This document shows, piece after piece, positions 32,042 to 42,911 of a stretch of 64,000 nt of DNA. The notes beneath the pieces were generated by a model that ran no database searches, was not told the DNA's origin, and saw only the letters and a program-made list of their open reading frames with translations. Positions within the stretch are counted from its first letter, which is position 1. Every line of letters starts with the position of its first letter. The DNA is from an uncultured delta proteobacterium (GTDB lineage Bacteria > Myxococcota > Kuafuiibacteriia > Kuafuiibacteriales > Kuafuiibacteriaceae): NCBI GenBank assembly GCA_963803435.1, contig CAWDML010000008.1:96001-160000 (forward strand). Reading direction: 5' to 3'. A program made the position numbers and the translations under genes.

Positions 32042-32734
32042 ATGGCCTCGGTCGCCGCCGTCATCCCGGCCCTCGACGAAGAGGATGCGATCGGTGTCGT
32101 GGTCGCCGACCTGCTCGCGCTCGGGGTGCTCGACGAGGTGGTGGTGGCCGACAACGGCAGCCGTGATCGGACCGCCGCGCGGGCCCTTGCCGCCGGCGCC
32201 ACCGTGGTCGCCGAGCCGGAGCGGGGCTACGGCGCCGCCTGCCTGGCGGGGATCGATCATCTGGGACGGCGATCACGCGGGCCCCCGGAGGTGGTGGTCT
32301 TCGTCGACGGCGACGGCTCGAACGTGGCCGCGGAGCTCCCCCAGCTCATCGCTCCCATACTGGACCGCCGCGCCGAGCTCGTGATCGGCTCGCGGGCCGA
32401 GAGATCCGAACCGGGCTCGCTCACGTTTCCTCAGCGATTCGGGAACGTATTGGCCACGCGGTTGCTCGGGGTGCTCTACGGAGCGCACTACACCGACCTC
32501 GGTCCGTTTCGGGCGATCGGGTGGGGCGCGCTCCAGCGCCTGGGGATGGCGGACCGAGACTACGGGTGGACCGTAGAGATGCAGATCAAGGCCGCCAAAC
32601 AGCACCTTTCGGTGCAGGAGATCGATGTCTCCAACAAGCCCAGGATTGCAGGCCGATCCAAGGTGGCGGGCACCGTCCGGGGGGTGGCCGGCGCCGGCTA
32701 CAAGATCATCTACACGATTCTCAAGTACCGATGA
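32042..32734 (+). CDS. Glycosyltransferase family 2 (DPM1-like)
   Basis: VIPALDEE, DNGSRD, GYGAA, DGD, IGSR, TDLGPFRAI. Confidence 0.92.
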   Translation: MASVAAVIPALDEEDAIGVVVADLLALGVLDEVVVADNGSRDRTAARALAAGATVVAEPERGYGAACLAGIDHLGRRSRGPPEVVVFVDGDGSNVAAELPQLIAPILDRRAELVIGSRAERSEPGSLTFPQRFGNVLATRLLGVLYGAHYTDLGPFRAIGWGALQRLGMADRDYGWTVEMQIKAAKQHLSVQEIDVSNKPRIAGRSKVAGTVRGVAGAGYKIIYTILKYR

Positions 32735-34383
32735 TCGGTTATTCTCCGCCGGTGCACCGAACGGCGGCGGCCTGCCTGCTCCTCAACACTCTGATCCTCC
32801 CCGCGATCGCGCAGGCGGAGCCCCCGGTGATCGCCGTGTTCGACATCGAGGACTCGAGCCACGCCAAGCGGCGATTCGACAAGCAGCTGCTCCAGCAGCT
32901 CGCCGCGTATCTCGAGGGTCAGCTCGCCGAGGGGTCCTCGTTCCGCGTGGTGCCGCGCGAGCAGATCCGGCGCGAGCTCGACGCGGCCAAGCAGAGCACC
33001 TACAAGGCCTGCTTCGACGAGCGCTGCCAGATCGAGATCGGCAAGGCGGTCGCCGCCGAGAAGACCCTCAGCACGCAGCTGATCCGGATTGGCAAGCACT
33101 GCATCTTCAAGTCGGTGCTGTTCGACCTCCGGCAGGAGGTCAGCGCCAAGGTCGCCAACATCAAGGGCGGCTGCGAGGAGGAGGAGCTGCTCGGATCCGT
33201 GGAGAAGCTGGCCGAGAAGCTGAAGACCGAGAACCAGCCGGTCCTCAATCCGCCGCCCCCTCCGCTGGTGAGCGTGGTGGCGCCACCTCCGCCGCCCGCG
33301 ACCGTGGTCCCGGCCGGCGCGGGGGACGTCGATCTCTACCGCCCCTTCGTCCGCGACGTGTCGTGCAAGGAGGCCAAGGAGTGCCACACCACCGGCCTCG
33401 ACTATCGCGACGGCTCCAACGGCAAGACCAAGGACTTCCTGATGTCCGCCGACTACTTCCGCGAGGGCTGCAAGCGCGGCTTCGGCGCGGCCTGCACCGA
33501 TCTCGGCTATCAATACGAGAAGGGGAACGGCATCCCGGCGAGCCTGGAGAAGGCGGCGAGCCTCTACCGAAAGGGCTGCGACTACAACAACCCGCTCGGC
33601 TGCTCGAACCTCGGCTGGATGTACGAGAAGGGCCGGGGCGTCACGCAGAGCTATCCAGAAGCGATCCGCTTGTACACCAAGGGCTGCGACCAGAAGCACG
33701 GCGCAGGCTGCACGAACCTCGGCTATCTCACCGAGATGGGCTGGGGCGGGCTCAAGAAGAGCATCGATCAGGCGTTCAAGTACTATCAGCAAGGCTGCGA
33801 CTTCGGCAGCAACATCGGCTGCGCGAACCTCGCGTACATGTACGAGAACGGACACAGCGTCAAACAGGACTACGCGGAGGCGGTCCGTCTGTACCGGAAG
33901 TCGTGCGACATGGGCGCGGCGCGCGGCTGCGGGAACCTGGGCTACCTCACCGAGCAGGGCTACGGCACGCCCGCGAGCATCCCCGGCGCGGTGGCCCTCT
34001 ATCGCCAGGGCTGCGAGATGGGCAGCGCGAACGGGTGCGCGAACCTCGGGTACATGTACGAGAAGGGTCGGGGCGTCGACGCGAACGCGTACGAGGCCGC
34101 GCGCCTGTACCGCCAGAGCTGTGAGGACGGCGAGCCGCGGGGCTGCACGAACCTCGGCTATCTCACCGAGATCGGCAGTGGGGTGACCCAGGATCTGGGG
34201 CGGGCGGTCGAGCTGTATCGCCAGGGCTGCGACGGCGGCAACGGCACGGGCTGCACGAACCTTGGCATCATGTACCAGAACGGTCGAGGCGTCGGGATGA
34301 GCACCGCGAAGGCGCGCGAGTACTACCAAAAGGGCTGCAACAACGGAAACAGCGCGGGCTGCGACAACCTCAAGAAGCTCTGA
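32731..34383 (+). CDS. Secreted Cys-containing Sel1-like repeat (HcpA-like) protein
   Basis: About nine 36-aa repeats of type GCxNLGYxYExGxG...AxxLYRxGC; signal peptide; Pro-rich linker. Confidence 0.88.
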   Translation: MIGYSPPVHRTAAACLLLNTLILPAIAQAEPPVIAVFDIEDSSHAKRRFDKQLLQQLAAYLEGQLAEGSSFRVVPREQIRRELDAAKQSTYKACFDERCQIEIGKAVAAEKTLSTQLIRIGKHCIFKSVLFDLRQEVSAKVANIKGGCEEEELLGSVEKLAEKLKTENQPVLNPPPPPLVSVVAPPPPPATVVPAGAGDVDLYRPFVRDVSCKEAKECHTTGLDYRDGSNGKTKDFLMSADYFREGCKRGFGAACTDLGYQYEKGNGIPASLEKAASLYRKGCDYNNPLGCSNLGWMYEKGRGVTQSYPEAIRLYTKGCDQKHGAGCTNLGYLTEMGWGGLKKSIDQAFKYYQQGCDFGSNIGCANLAYMYENGHSVKQDYAEAVRLYRKSCDMGAARGCGNLGYLTEQGYGTPASIPGAVALYRQGCEMGSANGCANLGYMYEKGRGVDANAYEAARLYRQSCEDGEPRGCTNLGYLTEIGSGVTQDLGRAVELYRQGCDGGNGTGCTNLGIMYQNGRGVGMSTAKAREYYQKGCNNGNSAGCDNLKKL

Positions 34384-34395
34384 ACGAAGACCACC

Positions 34396-36819
34396 GTGCG
34401 TCTCCTCAGATGGATCGTCGGCAGCGGGCTTCGAGTCACGCTGCTCATCGCGCTCCTGGTCGCGACGTATCACGTAGGCAACGAGCTGCGCGTGCTCAAC
34501 GGGCGGCCGCTGAACTTCCACCAGCGGCTCGAGCTGACCGCGCTCGACGTCAAGTTCGCCTTCCGCGGGCCACGCACGCCCGCCCGATGGAAGGTCGCGA
34601 TCGCCGCGCTCGACGAGAAGGCCATCGACGCCTACGGCCCGCCGCCCTGGCCGCGCACGATCCACGCGGACCTGGTCGACGCGCTGACCAAGCTGGGCGC
34701 AGCGGCGATCGCGTTCGACATGACCTTCGAGCAACCCTCGTCGCTCCCGGGGCGGGAGGCGATCGCGCGGCTCCACGATCGCGCGAAGAGCATCGGCGTC
34801 TTCCGGGCCGGCGCCGAGCTCCAGGAGCTCGCCGGATCCACCTCCGATCCGAAGCAAGCAAAGACGCTCCTCGAGGCGGCCGCGTCGATCGACGCGCTCT
34901 CGGCGAAGATGTCGGAGATGGAGGGCGGCCGCGACCCCGATCGCGAGTTCGCCGAGGCCATGAAGCGCTCCGGCAAGGTCGTGCTCGGCGTGGTGGCCCT
35001 CTCGAAGCGCGAGGCCGAGTCGCTGGCGCTTTCGGACGCGCGGCTCTCCGCTTCCCTCGAGAACGTCGCCTCCGCCACCATCTCCGAGCTCGTCTCCACC
35101 GGCTCCGACGGCCTCTCGCACATCACATCCGGCCGCGAGATGTTCGAGCACGGGATCCTGCGCCGTTACTTCGGCGTCAACGCGCCCACGCCGGTGCTGG
35201 CCCGCGCCACCCGGCACTTCGGCACCATCAACGCGGCGCCCGACGACGACGGCGTCAACCGGCGGCTCCCGCTGGTCGGCGCGATCAAGGGGCGCGGTGT
35301 GCTCCTCCCCAGCCTCGCGCTCGAGGCGGTGGCGGTGGCCCGCGCCCCCGACACGATCGAGATCCTCGGAGGCCCCGGCGACGTCTCGCCGCTCGGGATC
35401 CAGATCGGCGATCTGGAGGTTCGCACCGAGCTCGAGGCCACCACCACCATCGACTGGTACGGGCGCTTCGACGCGGAGGAGATGCCGATCATCTCCATCG
35501 CCGATCTCCTCTCGGGCAAGGCGAAGCGCGAGGACGTCGAAGGACGGATCGTGTTCGTCGCCGCCACTGCGATCGGCACCCACGATCAGCGCGTGACGCC
35601 GCTCGAGCGCGCCATCCCGGGCGTGTACGTGCACGCCACGCTGGCGCAGAACATCCTCGACAACCGCCACCTGACGCGTCCGCTCTACGTGGTGGCGCTC
35701 GAGGTGCTCCTGATCCTCGGGATCGGCCTGATCGCGGGTGTGGTGATGACGCGCTTCGAGGTGGCCGGCCAGCTCACCACCGCCTGCCTGATGGTGATCG
35801 GCTGGACCCTGTTCGACCAGCTGGTGCTCTTCCGGAACGGGCTGATCGTCTACACGGTGCTGCCGGTGATGCAGATCTTCGTGACGCTGCTGGCGGTGGC
35901 GCTCTGGCGCTTCCTCGTCGAGCAGCGCGAGCGGCGGCAGACCAAGCGCGCGTTCGGCCGGTATCTATCGCACCACGTGATGGAGCAGGTGCTCTCCAAC
36001 CCCGAGCGTTACCTCCGGCTGGGCGGCCACCGCTATGAGGCCACCGTTCTCTTCTCGGACATCCGCGGCTTCACCACCATCTCCGAGGCGCTCTCGCCCG
36101 AGGAGCTCGGTCGCATGCTCAACCTCTACATGACGCCGATGACCGACATCGTCTTCGAGTTCGAGGGCACGCTCGACAAGTACATCGGCGACGCCGTGAT
36201 GGCGTTCTGGGGGGCACCCCTCCCGCAGGAGAACCACGCGATGCTGGCGTGCCGGGCGGCGCTGCGGATGATCGAGGAGGTGGAGCGACTCAACACCATC
36301 TTCGAGCGCGAAGGCCTGCCGTCGATCGCGATCGGGATCGGCCTCTCCAGCGGCCCGATGACGATCGGCAACATGGGCTCGGACGATCACTTCTCGTACA
36401 CGGCCCTGGGCGACCGCGTGAACCTGGGTGCGCGGCTCGAGGGACAGACCAAGGACTACGGCGTCGACATCATCATCTCCGACGCCTGCTGTGAGCTGGT
36501 GAAGGACGAGATGATGGTGCGCGAGCTGGGCTCGATCCGCGTCAAGGGCAAGTTCGAGCCGGTGCGCATCTTCGAGCTCGTGGGTGAGCGTGCGCAGCGC
36601 CAGGATCGACTCCCATTCATCGAAGCCTTTCACGCCGGGCTGGAGCTCTTCCGCGCGCGGCGCTGGGACGATGCCATCGCGAGGTTCGAGGAGGCCGACC
36701 GCTTGGCGGGCGAGGACGGCGACAAGACCTCTGATCTCTATGTGGTCTGGTGCAACGAATACAAAGAGGATCCCCCGCCTCCGAGCTGGGACGGCGTCCG
36801 CGTGGCCACGACCAAATAG
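34396..36819 (+). CDS. CHASE2-domain class III adenylate cyclase
   Basis: CHASE2 motifs (WPR, DDDGVNRR, PGVYVHA), three TMs, FSDIRGFT, DKYIGDAVMAFW (Lys suggests ATP), YTALGDRVNLGARLE. Confidence 0.93.
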   Translation: MRLLRWIVGSGLRVTLLIALLVATYHVGNELRVLNGRPLNFHQRLELTALDVKFAFRGPRTPARWKVAIAALDEKAIDAYGPPPWPRTIHADLVDALTKLGAAAIAFDMTFEQPSSLPGREAIARLHDRAKSIGVFRAGAELQELAGSTSDPKQAKTLLEAAASIDALSAKMSEMEGGRDPDREFAEAMKRSGKVVLGVVALSKREAESLALSDARLSASLENVASATISELVSTGSDGLSHITSGREMFEHGILRRYFGVNAPTPVLARATRHFGTINAAPDDDGVNRRLPLVGAIKGRGVLLPSLALEAVAVARAPDTIEILGGPGDVSPLGIQIGDLEVRTELEATTTIDWYGRFDAEEMPIISIADLLSGKAKREDVEGRIVFVAATAIGTHDQRVTPLERAIPGVYVHATLAQNILDNRHLTRPLYVVALEVLLILGIGLIAGVVMTRFEVAGQLTTACLMVIGWTLFDQLVLFRNGLIVYTVLPVMQIFVTLLAVALWRFLVEQRERRQTKRAFGRYLSHHVMEQVLSNPERYLRLGGHRYEATVLFSDIRGFTTISEALSPEELGRMLNLYMTPMTDIVFEFEGTLDKYIGDAVMAFWGAPLPQENHAMLACRAALRMIEEVERLNTIFEREGLPSIAIGIGLSSGPMTIGNMGSDDHFSYTALGDRVNLGARLEGQTKDYGVDIIISDACCELVKDEMMVRELGSIRVKGKFEPVRIFELVGERAQRQDRLPFIEAFHAGLELFRARRWDDAIARFEEADRLAGEDGDKTSDLYVVWCNEYKEDPPPPSWDGVRVATTK

Positions 36820-36855
36820 ACTTTTTCCGTCGGCTGGTGCACCTGAAACCTGACC

Positions 36856-37705
36856 ATGTCCTGGTTCAAGCGCATGGAGACGCCGCGCGTGAAGGGCGGC
36901 GAAAAGGCGTCGGTGCCCACCGGGCTCTGGCGGCTCTGCGAGGCCTGCGATCATCCTTCGCTCGCGGAGGACGTGGAGAAGCTGCTCGAGACCTGCCCCA
37001 ACTGCGGCTTCCACTTCCGCATCCGCGGGCGGACCCGCCTCTACTCGTTCCTGGACGTGGACTCCAGCAAGGAGATTCTGCGGCGACCTCGAGGCCGTCG
37101 ATCCGCTGACGTTCAAGGACAGCAAGCGCTATCTCGATCGCGTGAAGGCGGCCAAGAAGACGGCCGAGGAGAACGAGGCCTTCGTGTTGCTCGAGGGGCG
37201 GCTCCGCGGCCGGCGGATCGTCGCCGGTGCGTTCGAGTTCCGCTTCCTCGGCGGGTCGATGGGGAGTGTCGTCGGCGAGAAGGTGACCCGCGGTTTCGAG
37301 CTGGCGGCCGAGTATCGATGCCCGGTCGTGATCTTCTCGGCCTCCGGCGGCGCGCGCATGCAGGAGGGCATCCTGTCGTTGATGCAGATGGCGAAGACGT
37401 CCGCCGCCATCAGCCGTTTCCGCCACGTGCGCCAGCCGTACGTGTCGGTTTTGACGGACCCGACCACCGGCGGCGTCGCCGCCAGCTTCGCGCTCCTCGG
37501 TGACATCATCGTCGCCGAGCCGAACGCGCTGGTCGGGTTCGCCGGTCCGCGCGTGATCGAGCAGACGATCCGCCAGAAGCTGCCCGAAGGCTTCCAGCGC
37601 TCCGAGTTCCTGCTCGAGCACGGCATGATCGATGCGATCATTCCCCGCCGGGAGCTGCGCGATCGGATCGCGCTGCTGCTCGACATGCTCACCGCTGCCC
37701 CGTGA
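36856..37705 (+). CDS. accD: Acetyl-CoA carboxylase carboxyltransferase beta subunit (frameshift near 37080)
   Basis: Zn ribbon CEAC...CPNC; [11 protein letters not shown]; SGGARMQEG; PTTGGV; [15 protein letters not shown]. Confidence 0.93.
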
Positions 37706-39030
37706 TCCTCGACGGTCCAGGCACGCTCCCGCAGGGCTCGAGCGAGCGGTATCGAGCGCTCCTCGAGCGCCTGTTCGCGCTCTCGAAGAGCGGCACCGAG
37801 TTCGGTCTCGATCGCATCGCCCGCGCGCTCGCGGACCTCGGACATCCCGAGCTGGCGTATCGCACGGTCCACGTGGCCGGCTCCAACGGAAAGGGGTCCA
37901 CCAGCGCCTTCTTGGCCGCGATCCTGGGCGCCGCCGGGCGCACGGTTGGCCTCTACACCTCGCCGCACCTGATCTCGCTGACCGAGCGGATCCAGTTCAT
38001 GGAGGGCACCGTCCCTTCGGAGATCTCGCAGGACGAGCTGACCGAGGTGATGGCGCGCGTCGAGGAGATCTCGCCGGGGTTCCAGGATCTCAGCTTCTTC
38101 GAGGTGGTGACCGCCGCGGGCCTGGTCGCGCTCGCCCAGCGCGGCGTCGAGCTCGGCGTGATCGAGGCCGGGTTGGGGGCACGTCTCGATGCGACGCGGC
38201 TGGTCGACGCCGAGGTCGCGATCCTGACCGACCTCTCGCTCGAGCACACGCAGATCCTCGGCGACACCATCGAAGAGATCGCCCAGGAGGAGGGTGCGGT
38301 GATGCGCCCGGGGCGGCCTCTGGTGATGGCGGACGGGCCGCCGGCGGCGATGCGCGTGGTCGACGCGATGGCCCGGAGTATCGGCGCGCCCATCCATCGC
38401 ATCGGCGGCGAGCTCATCGTGACGAGGGTCGGTCCCGCGCGCTTCGATCTCGACCTCGGCGATCGCCGGCTCGACGACGTCGAGCTCTCGCTGCTGGGCC
38501 CGCACCAAGGTCGCAACGCGGTGCTCGCGGCCAAGACGGCCGTGCTGCTGGAGCCGGCGCTCCCGATCGACGCGATCCGCCGGGGCCTGGCCTCGGCGCA
38601 GTGGCCGGGGCGGATGGAGATCTTCGAGGGCGATCCGCCCGTGCTGCTCGACGGCGCCCACAACTCGCAGGGCGCTCAGGCCTTGCGCGCGGCGCTCCTC
38701 GACGATCCGCGGTTTGCCTCGCGGCCGCTCCATTTCCTGTTCGGGGTCCTCTCCGACAAGGACGTGCACACGATGCTCGAGGCGCTCGGCCCCGTGGCGC
38801 GTTCGATGGTGTTGACGCGTCCCGCCTCGCTGCGCGCCCGAAGCCCCGGCGAGGTCGCCCTCATCGCCAGCGGGCAGGGGGCTTCCGCGGAGGTGATCGA
38901 AGCGATCGAGGATGCGTTCGCGGAGGCGCGCCGGCGCGCTTCGAAAGATGCGGGATGGGTCGTCGTATGTGGGTCGTTGTATCTCGTCGGAGATGTACGC
39001 GCGATCCTGCTTCGACCTTCATCGCCCTGA
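37702..39030 (+). CDS. folC: Bifunctional folylpolyglutamate/dihydrofolate synthase
   Basis: [46 protein letters not shown]. Confidence 0.95.
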   Translation: MILDGPGTLPQGSSERYRALLERLFALSKSGTEFGLDRIARALADLGHPELAYRTVHVAGSNGKGSTSAFLAAILGAAGRTVGLYTSPHLISLTERIQFMEGTVPSEISQDELTEVMARVEEISPGFQDLSFFEVVTAAGLVALAQRGVELGVIEAGLGARLDATRLVDAEVAILTDLSLEHTQILGDTIEEIAQEEGAVMRPGRPLVMADGPPAAMRVVDAMARSIGAPIHRIGGELIVTRVGPARFDLDLGDRRLDDVELSLLGPHQGRNAVLAAKTAVLLEPALPIDAIRRGLASAQWPGRMEIFEGDPPVLLDGAHNSQGAQALRAALLDDPRFASRPLHFLFGVLSDKDVHTMLEALGPVARSMVLTRPASLRARSPGEVALIASGQGASAEVIEAIEDAFAEARRRASKDAGWVVVCGSLYLVGDVRAILLRPSSP

Positions 39031-39067
39031 ACTTGCGGGTGTTTCCGACCGAGTGTTAGGGTTCGGG

Positions 39068-40531
39068 ATGCTTTCCCTCCGGGTCGGTGCGGCGCTGACC
39101 GCACTGGCGCTGCTGCTCCCTGTGTCGGCCCAGGCCGGCGAAAAAGAGAAGCTTTCGGCGCTCTCGAAGATCACGGTCACCGACCAGAAGAACGACGTCA
39201 CGGTCACGGTGGTAGGGACGAAGTCCCCCGACTTCACCTCCTTCACCATGTCGAACCCCTTCCGGGTGGTCGTCGATTGGGCCGGCAGCCGGATCGAGGG
39301 TGCCGCGGTGGAGCAGAAGTTCCCCCGCGGCCTCATTCGCTCGGTGCGGACGAAGCAGTACGATTCGGAGGCGGAGCGCATCAGCCGCGTCACGGTCGAG
39401 CTCTCCCGAGAGACCGCCTACCACGTGGACGCCGCCGGCACGCGGGTCACGATCCACTTCGAGCCCGTGGCGGATCCGATCCCGGAGCCCGAGCCCAAAC
39501 CAGCCCCGGTGGCCGAGAAGAAGGAGAAGAAGAAGGAGCTGGCCTACGTTCCGGAGGGCCCGCTGACCGAGCCCGATCTCCCGGTGCCCGAGAACCCGCC
39601 CGCGCCGAAGCCCGCACCGCCGCCGGTGGTGGCCAAGGCCGAGCCGGCGCCGCCGCCGGTGGCGGCCGCACCCGTGGTGGTGGCGAAGGTCGAGCCGCCG
39701 AAGGCCCCGCCGCCGAAGGTCGAGCCGCCGAAGGCCGAGACGAAGCCGGTGGTGGTCGCAGAGGTCGAGCCGAAGAAGGAAGAGAAGAAGGTCGAGCCGG
39801 CGCCCAAGAAGGAGGCACCGAAGGCCCCCGCGCCGCCGATCGTGGTCGCGAAGAAGGAGAGCCCGAAGGAGACGAAGAAGGCCGAGCCGAAGCCCGCGCC
39901 CGCCGCCGTCGCCCTGAGGGAGGAGCCGAAGGCCATCGCGACGTACGTGCCCAAGCCCAAGGAAGAGCCGATGCGCGTGCGGTCGCCGTCGCCAAAGCCT
40001 GTCCGCGTCACGCCGAACCGGCGCACGCGCCAGATCGCTTCCTCCGCGCCTCGCGATCTCCACAGCACCTGGCGCCCCCCCGGAGCCGGTCGTGTGCGCG
40101 GGCTCCCGGTCGTCCACTTCGGCGTGGGTCAGGAGACGATCCAGCCTCAGGGCGAGACTCCGGTCGATCCGGATGAGCCGGCCACCGTCGCCGGTGACTC
40201 CGACTTCGATCCGGGCCCGCACATCATGAAGTACATCGGCTTCCGCCAGATGGCCGACGTCTCCCGGGTGTTCGTGCGCCTCGACGGCAAGGCGAAGTAC
40301 ACCAAGCGCAAGGAGGGCGACACCGTTGTCGTCGAGCTCGTGGACACCAGCGTTCCGGTGAAGAACAACACCCGCCCCCTCGACACCAGCTACTTCAACA
40401 GCCCTGTCGGCAACGTACAGGCGGTGCCGAGCGGCAACAGCACGCGCATCGAGATCCGGCTGAAGGAGCAGGTCCCCTTCCAGGTGAAGCGAATCGGGAC
40501 GACCATCGCGATCGACTTCACGCGCAAGTAG
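39068..40531 (+). CDS. Periplasmic AMIN-domain protein with a long Pro/Lys/Glu linker
   Basis: Signal peptide; F.MSNPFRVVVD...RVTVEL AMIN domain; second AMIN-like domain with NNTRPLDTSYF. Confidence 0.75.
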   Translation: MLSLRVGAALTALALLLPVSAQAGEKEKLSALSKITVTDQKNDVTVTVVGTKSPDFTSFTMSNPFRVVVDWAGSRIEGAAVEQKFPRGLIRSVRTKQYDSEAERISRVTVELSRETAYHVDAAGTRVTIHFEPVADPIPEPEPKPAPVAEKKEKKKELAYVPEGPLTEPDLPVPENPPAPKPAPPPVVAKAEPAPPPVAAAPVVVAKVEPPKAPPPKVEPPKAETKPVVVAEVEPKKEEKKVEPAPKKEAPKAPAPPIVVAKKESPKETKKAEPKPAPAAVALREEPKAIATYVPKPKEEPMRVRSPSPKPVRVTPNRRTRQIASSAPRDLHSTWRPPGAGRVRGLPVVHFGVGQETIQPQGETPVDPDEPATVAGDSDFDPGPHIMKYIGFRQMADVSRVFVRLDGKAKYTKRKEGDTVVVELVDTSVPVKNNTRPLDTSYFNSPVGNVQAVPSGNSTRIEIRLKEQVPFQVKRIGTTIAIDFTRK

Positions 40532-40556
40532 AAAAAATGTGGGCTAAGGTCACGGC

Positions 40557-42911
40557 GTGACGCCGTGGCCGCTGCTGGTGTCGCTGTGGGCCGCGGGCAC
40601 GAGCAGCACCTCCACCGTTGCACCGGTGCTTCGGCCTCCCTTGGGCCTGCCCGCCGTTCCCTTCACCGTCGAGGCGGATCGCCTGTATTCGGACGACGGC
40701 GTGTATGTCGCCGAGGGGAACGCGATCCTCCGGCGGGCCGGGGCGGTCATGTTCGCGGATCGGATCCGGTTCGACGAGGCCAGCGGCACGGCCATCGCCG
40801 AGGGCGGCGTCACCGCTATCGAGGACGGCGCGGTGCTCAGCTGCGACCGCGTGGTGATGAAGGTGCCCGAGCTGATCGGCGGGCTCGATCAGGCCGAGCT
40901 GCGGATCAAGAGCGAGATCCCCGAACCGCTGCTGTCGCGACTCTCGACGGCCCAGCTCCGCCGCGCCGGCAAGGACGAGATGATCGTGACCGCCGACCAC
41001 ATGGAGCGTACGTCGCCTCGAACGCTGGAGGTCCGCGGCGGGAGCTTCACGGTCTGCGACTGCGGCGAAGGCTCTACCCCGAGCTGGCGCATCGCGGCCC
41101 AGAGCGCGGACGTCGATCTCGACTCCGGCGCCTGGATGTACTGGCCGGTGTTCTACGCCAAGGGCGTTCCGATCTTCGTGTTGCCGGTCTTCTACTTTCC
41201 CCTCGGCGAGCGGCGCTCTGGGCTGTTGACCCCGCGCCCCTCGTTCAGCCCGGTGGCCGGCTTCTCCGTGAGGCAGCCGCTGTACCTCGTCCTCGGCGAG
41301 CACGCTGACCTCACGCTCGACGCAAGCTACCTCTCGGAGCGCGGCCCGGGCGCCGGCCTCGAGCTGCGCTGGGCACCGACGGTGGACTCGGCCGGCGAGC
41401 TCCACACCGCGTTGATCCTCGACTTCGGCGTCTCGAACGGCACCAACTTCGACAAGGACTTCCACATGAGCCCGATCCCGCGGTACTCGATCGCGCTCAA
41501 GCATCACACGCAGATCGACACCCACGCGGAGCTCGCCGTCGACCTCAACATGCTCGGCGATCCGGGCTACCTCGAGTTCGCGAACGAGTACCTGGCGCGA
41601 CAGACCGAGGGCACGCGCTCTCGGCTCACCATCGCATCGTTCATCCAGTCCAACCTGCGGGTCGCGGGCGGCTTTCAGCTCTTCCAGGATCTCCGCTCGC
41701 TCGCGTACCCCGGGCAGGAGCTCCGCCGCGTGCAGCTCTTCTCCGGGACCCTCACCGACACAACGCCCCTGCTCGGGCCCGGAGCGGTGCGCTACCGGTT
41801 CGCCGAGCTCCGTCTCGACGCGCCGCCCTATCCCTTGGTCGAGGGCGTCCCGCTGCTGGCCGAGGCGATCGCCCGCGTGCACGCCTTCAGCGCCCCGCGT
41901 CCGGAGGTCGCGCGCTTTCTCCGTGCCGACCTTCGCCCGGCGCTGTCGCTCCCGATCTCGCTGCTCGGAATCGCGATCCTCGAGCCGTCGATCGCCGCGC
42001 GAATCACCGCCTGGACAGGACGCTTCGAGAGCCAGGGGCTCGATGCCAACCGCTTCGCCTTCATCGCCAAGGCCTCGCTCTTCTCCACGCTCCAGCGCGA
42101 CTACGGATCCGTGATCCACCGCGTTCGGCCCGAGGTCACCTACCTCCTGATCCCCAAGGTCTGGGGGACGGTCGCGGATCCGCTGGTGGCGAACGACGAG
42201 GTCGACCAGCTCGCCTCGGTCATGCAGGTGCGCGCCCGACTCCTCAACGACTTCATCCTTCCCACGGGCGCGCGCATCGGCGGGTTCGATCTGTGGTGGG
42301 GCCGCGACCTGGCGATCCCGTGGGAGGACGGGGACGGCCGCGGGAACTCCGAGGTCGTGGCGAAGGCCGACGCGCCGTTGACCCCGAGCGCCTGGCCGGT
42401 TCACCTCGGCGCGACCGCGCGCCTCGCGATTGACCCGAACGACGCCTCCGTCGACGAGCTCGCCGCCGGCCTCACGATGACGTCGCAGTACCTCGCGCTG
42501 GGTGCCTCCTACGAGCAGTACGGCGACGAGGTCCCTACCTATGCGTTCGTGGCACCCGAGGAGCTGGTCCCGGCCGGAACGATTGACACCGGTGTCTACC
42601 TCCCGCTCGACGACTGGGCCGCGCTCCCCGCAGAGGAGCGCTTCCTCTCCAAGCCGTGGCAGGACGCGCACGCGCTCAACGCGTCGATCCGCATCACCCC
42701 GATCGCCGCCCTCAGCCTCGGCTTCGACATCGGCCTGACCTTCGCCGACGATGCCTCCTCCCCGGTCCGGGACACGCGGAGCAGTGTCCGCTGGGTGTCG
42801 CCTTGCCAGTGCTGGAGCGCCGACCTGATCGTGACCACCGGCCGCGATCGACGGGGCCCGCCCGGGATCCAGTTCGCGCTCGACCTCTCCCGCCTGGGCG
42901 GCGGCTTTTGA
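40557..42911 (+). CDS. lptD: LPS-assembly protein LptD-like
   Basis: EADRL...AEGNA jelly-roll; FTVCDC...SWRI.A; P.FYFPLGERRSGLL.P; C-terminal CQCW strand; follows folC. Confidence 0.75.
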   Translation: MTPWPLLVSLWAAGTSSTSTVAPVLRPPLGLPAVPFTVEADRLYSDDGVYVAEGNAILRRAGAVMFADRIRFDEASGTAIAEGGVTAIEDGAVLSCDRVVMKVPELIGGLDQAELRIKSEIPEPLLSRLSTAQLRRAGKDEMIVTADHMERTSPRTLEVRGGSFTVCDCGEGSTPSWRIAAQSADVDLDSGAWMYWPVFYAKGVPIFVLPVFYFPLGERRSGLLTPRPSFSPVAGFSVRQPLYLVLGEHADLTLDASYLSERGPGAGLELRWAPTVDSAGELHTALILDFGVSNGTNFDKDFHMSPIPRYSIALKHHTQIDTHAELAVDLNMLGDPGYLEFANEYLARQTEGTRSRLTIASFIQSNLRVAGGFQLFQDLRSLAYPGQELRRVQLFSGTLTDTTPLLGPGAVRYRFAELRLDAPPYPLVEGVPLLAEAIARVHAFSAPRPEVARFLRADLRPALSLPISLLGIAILEPSIAARITAWTGRFESQGLDANRFAFIAKASLFSTLQRDYGSVIHRVRPEVTYLLIPKVWGTVADPLVANDEVDQLASVMQVRARLLNDFILPTGARIGGFDLWWGRDLAIPWEDGDGRGNSEVVAKADAPLTPSAWPVHLGATARLAIDPNDASVDELAAGLTMTSQYLALGASYEQYGDEVPTYAFVAPEELVPAGTIDTGVYLPLDDWAALPAEERFLSKPWQDAHALNASIRITPIAALSLGFDIGLTFADDASSPVRDTRSSVRWVSPCQCWSADLIVTTGRDRRGPPGIQFALDLSRLGGGF

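Noticed and set aside
36856-37705. Programmed frameshift or pseudogene status for accD and other split genes
   Set aside because: No slippery heptamers; both halves are well conserved; indels are scattered across unrelated genes, consistent with sequencing error
39480-40020. GCCGAAG/GAGCCG repeats as a mobile or regulatory repeat
   Set aside because: They encode the Pro/Lys/Glu linker of the AMIN protein
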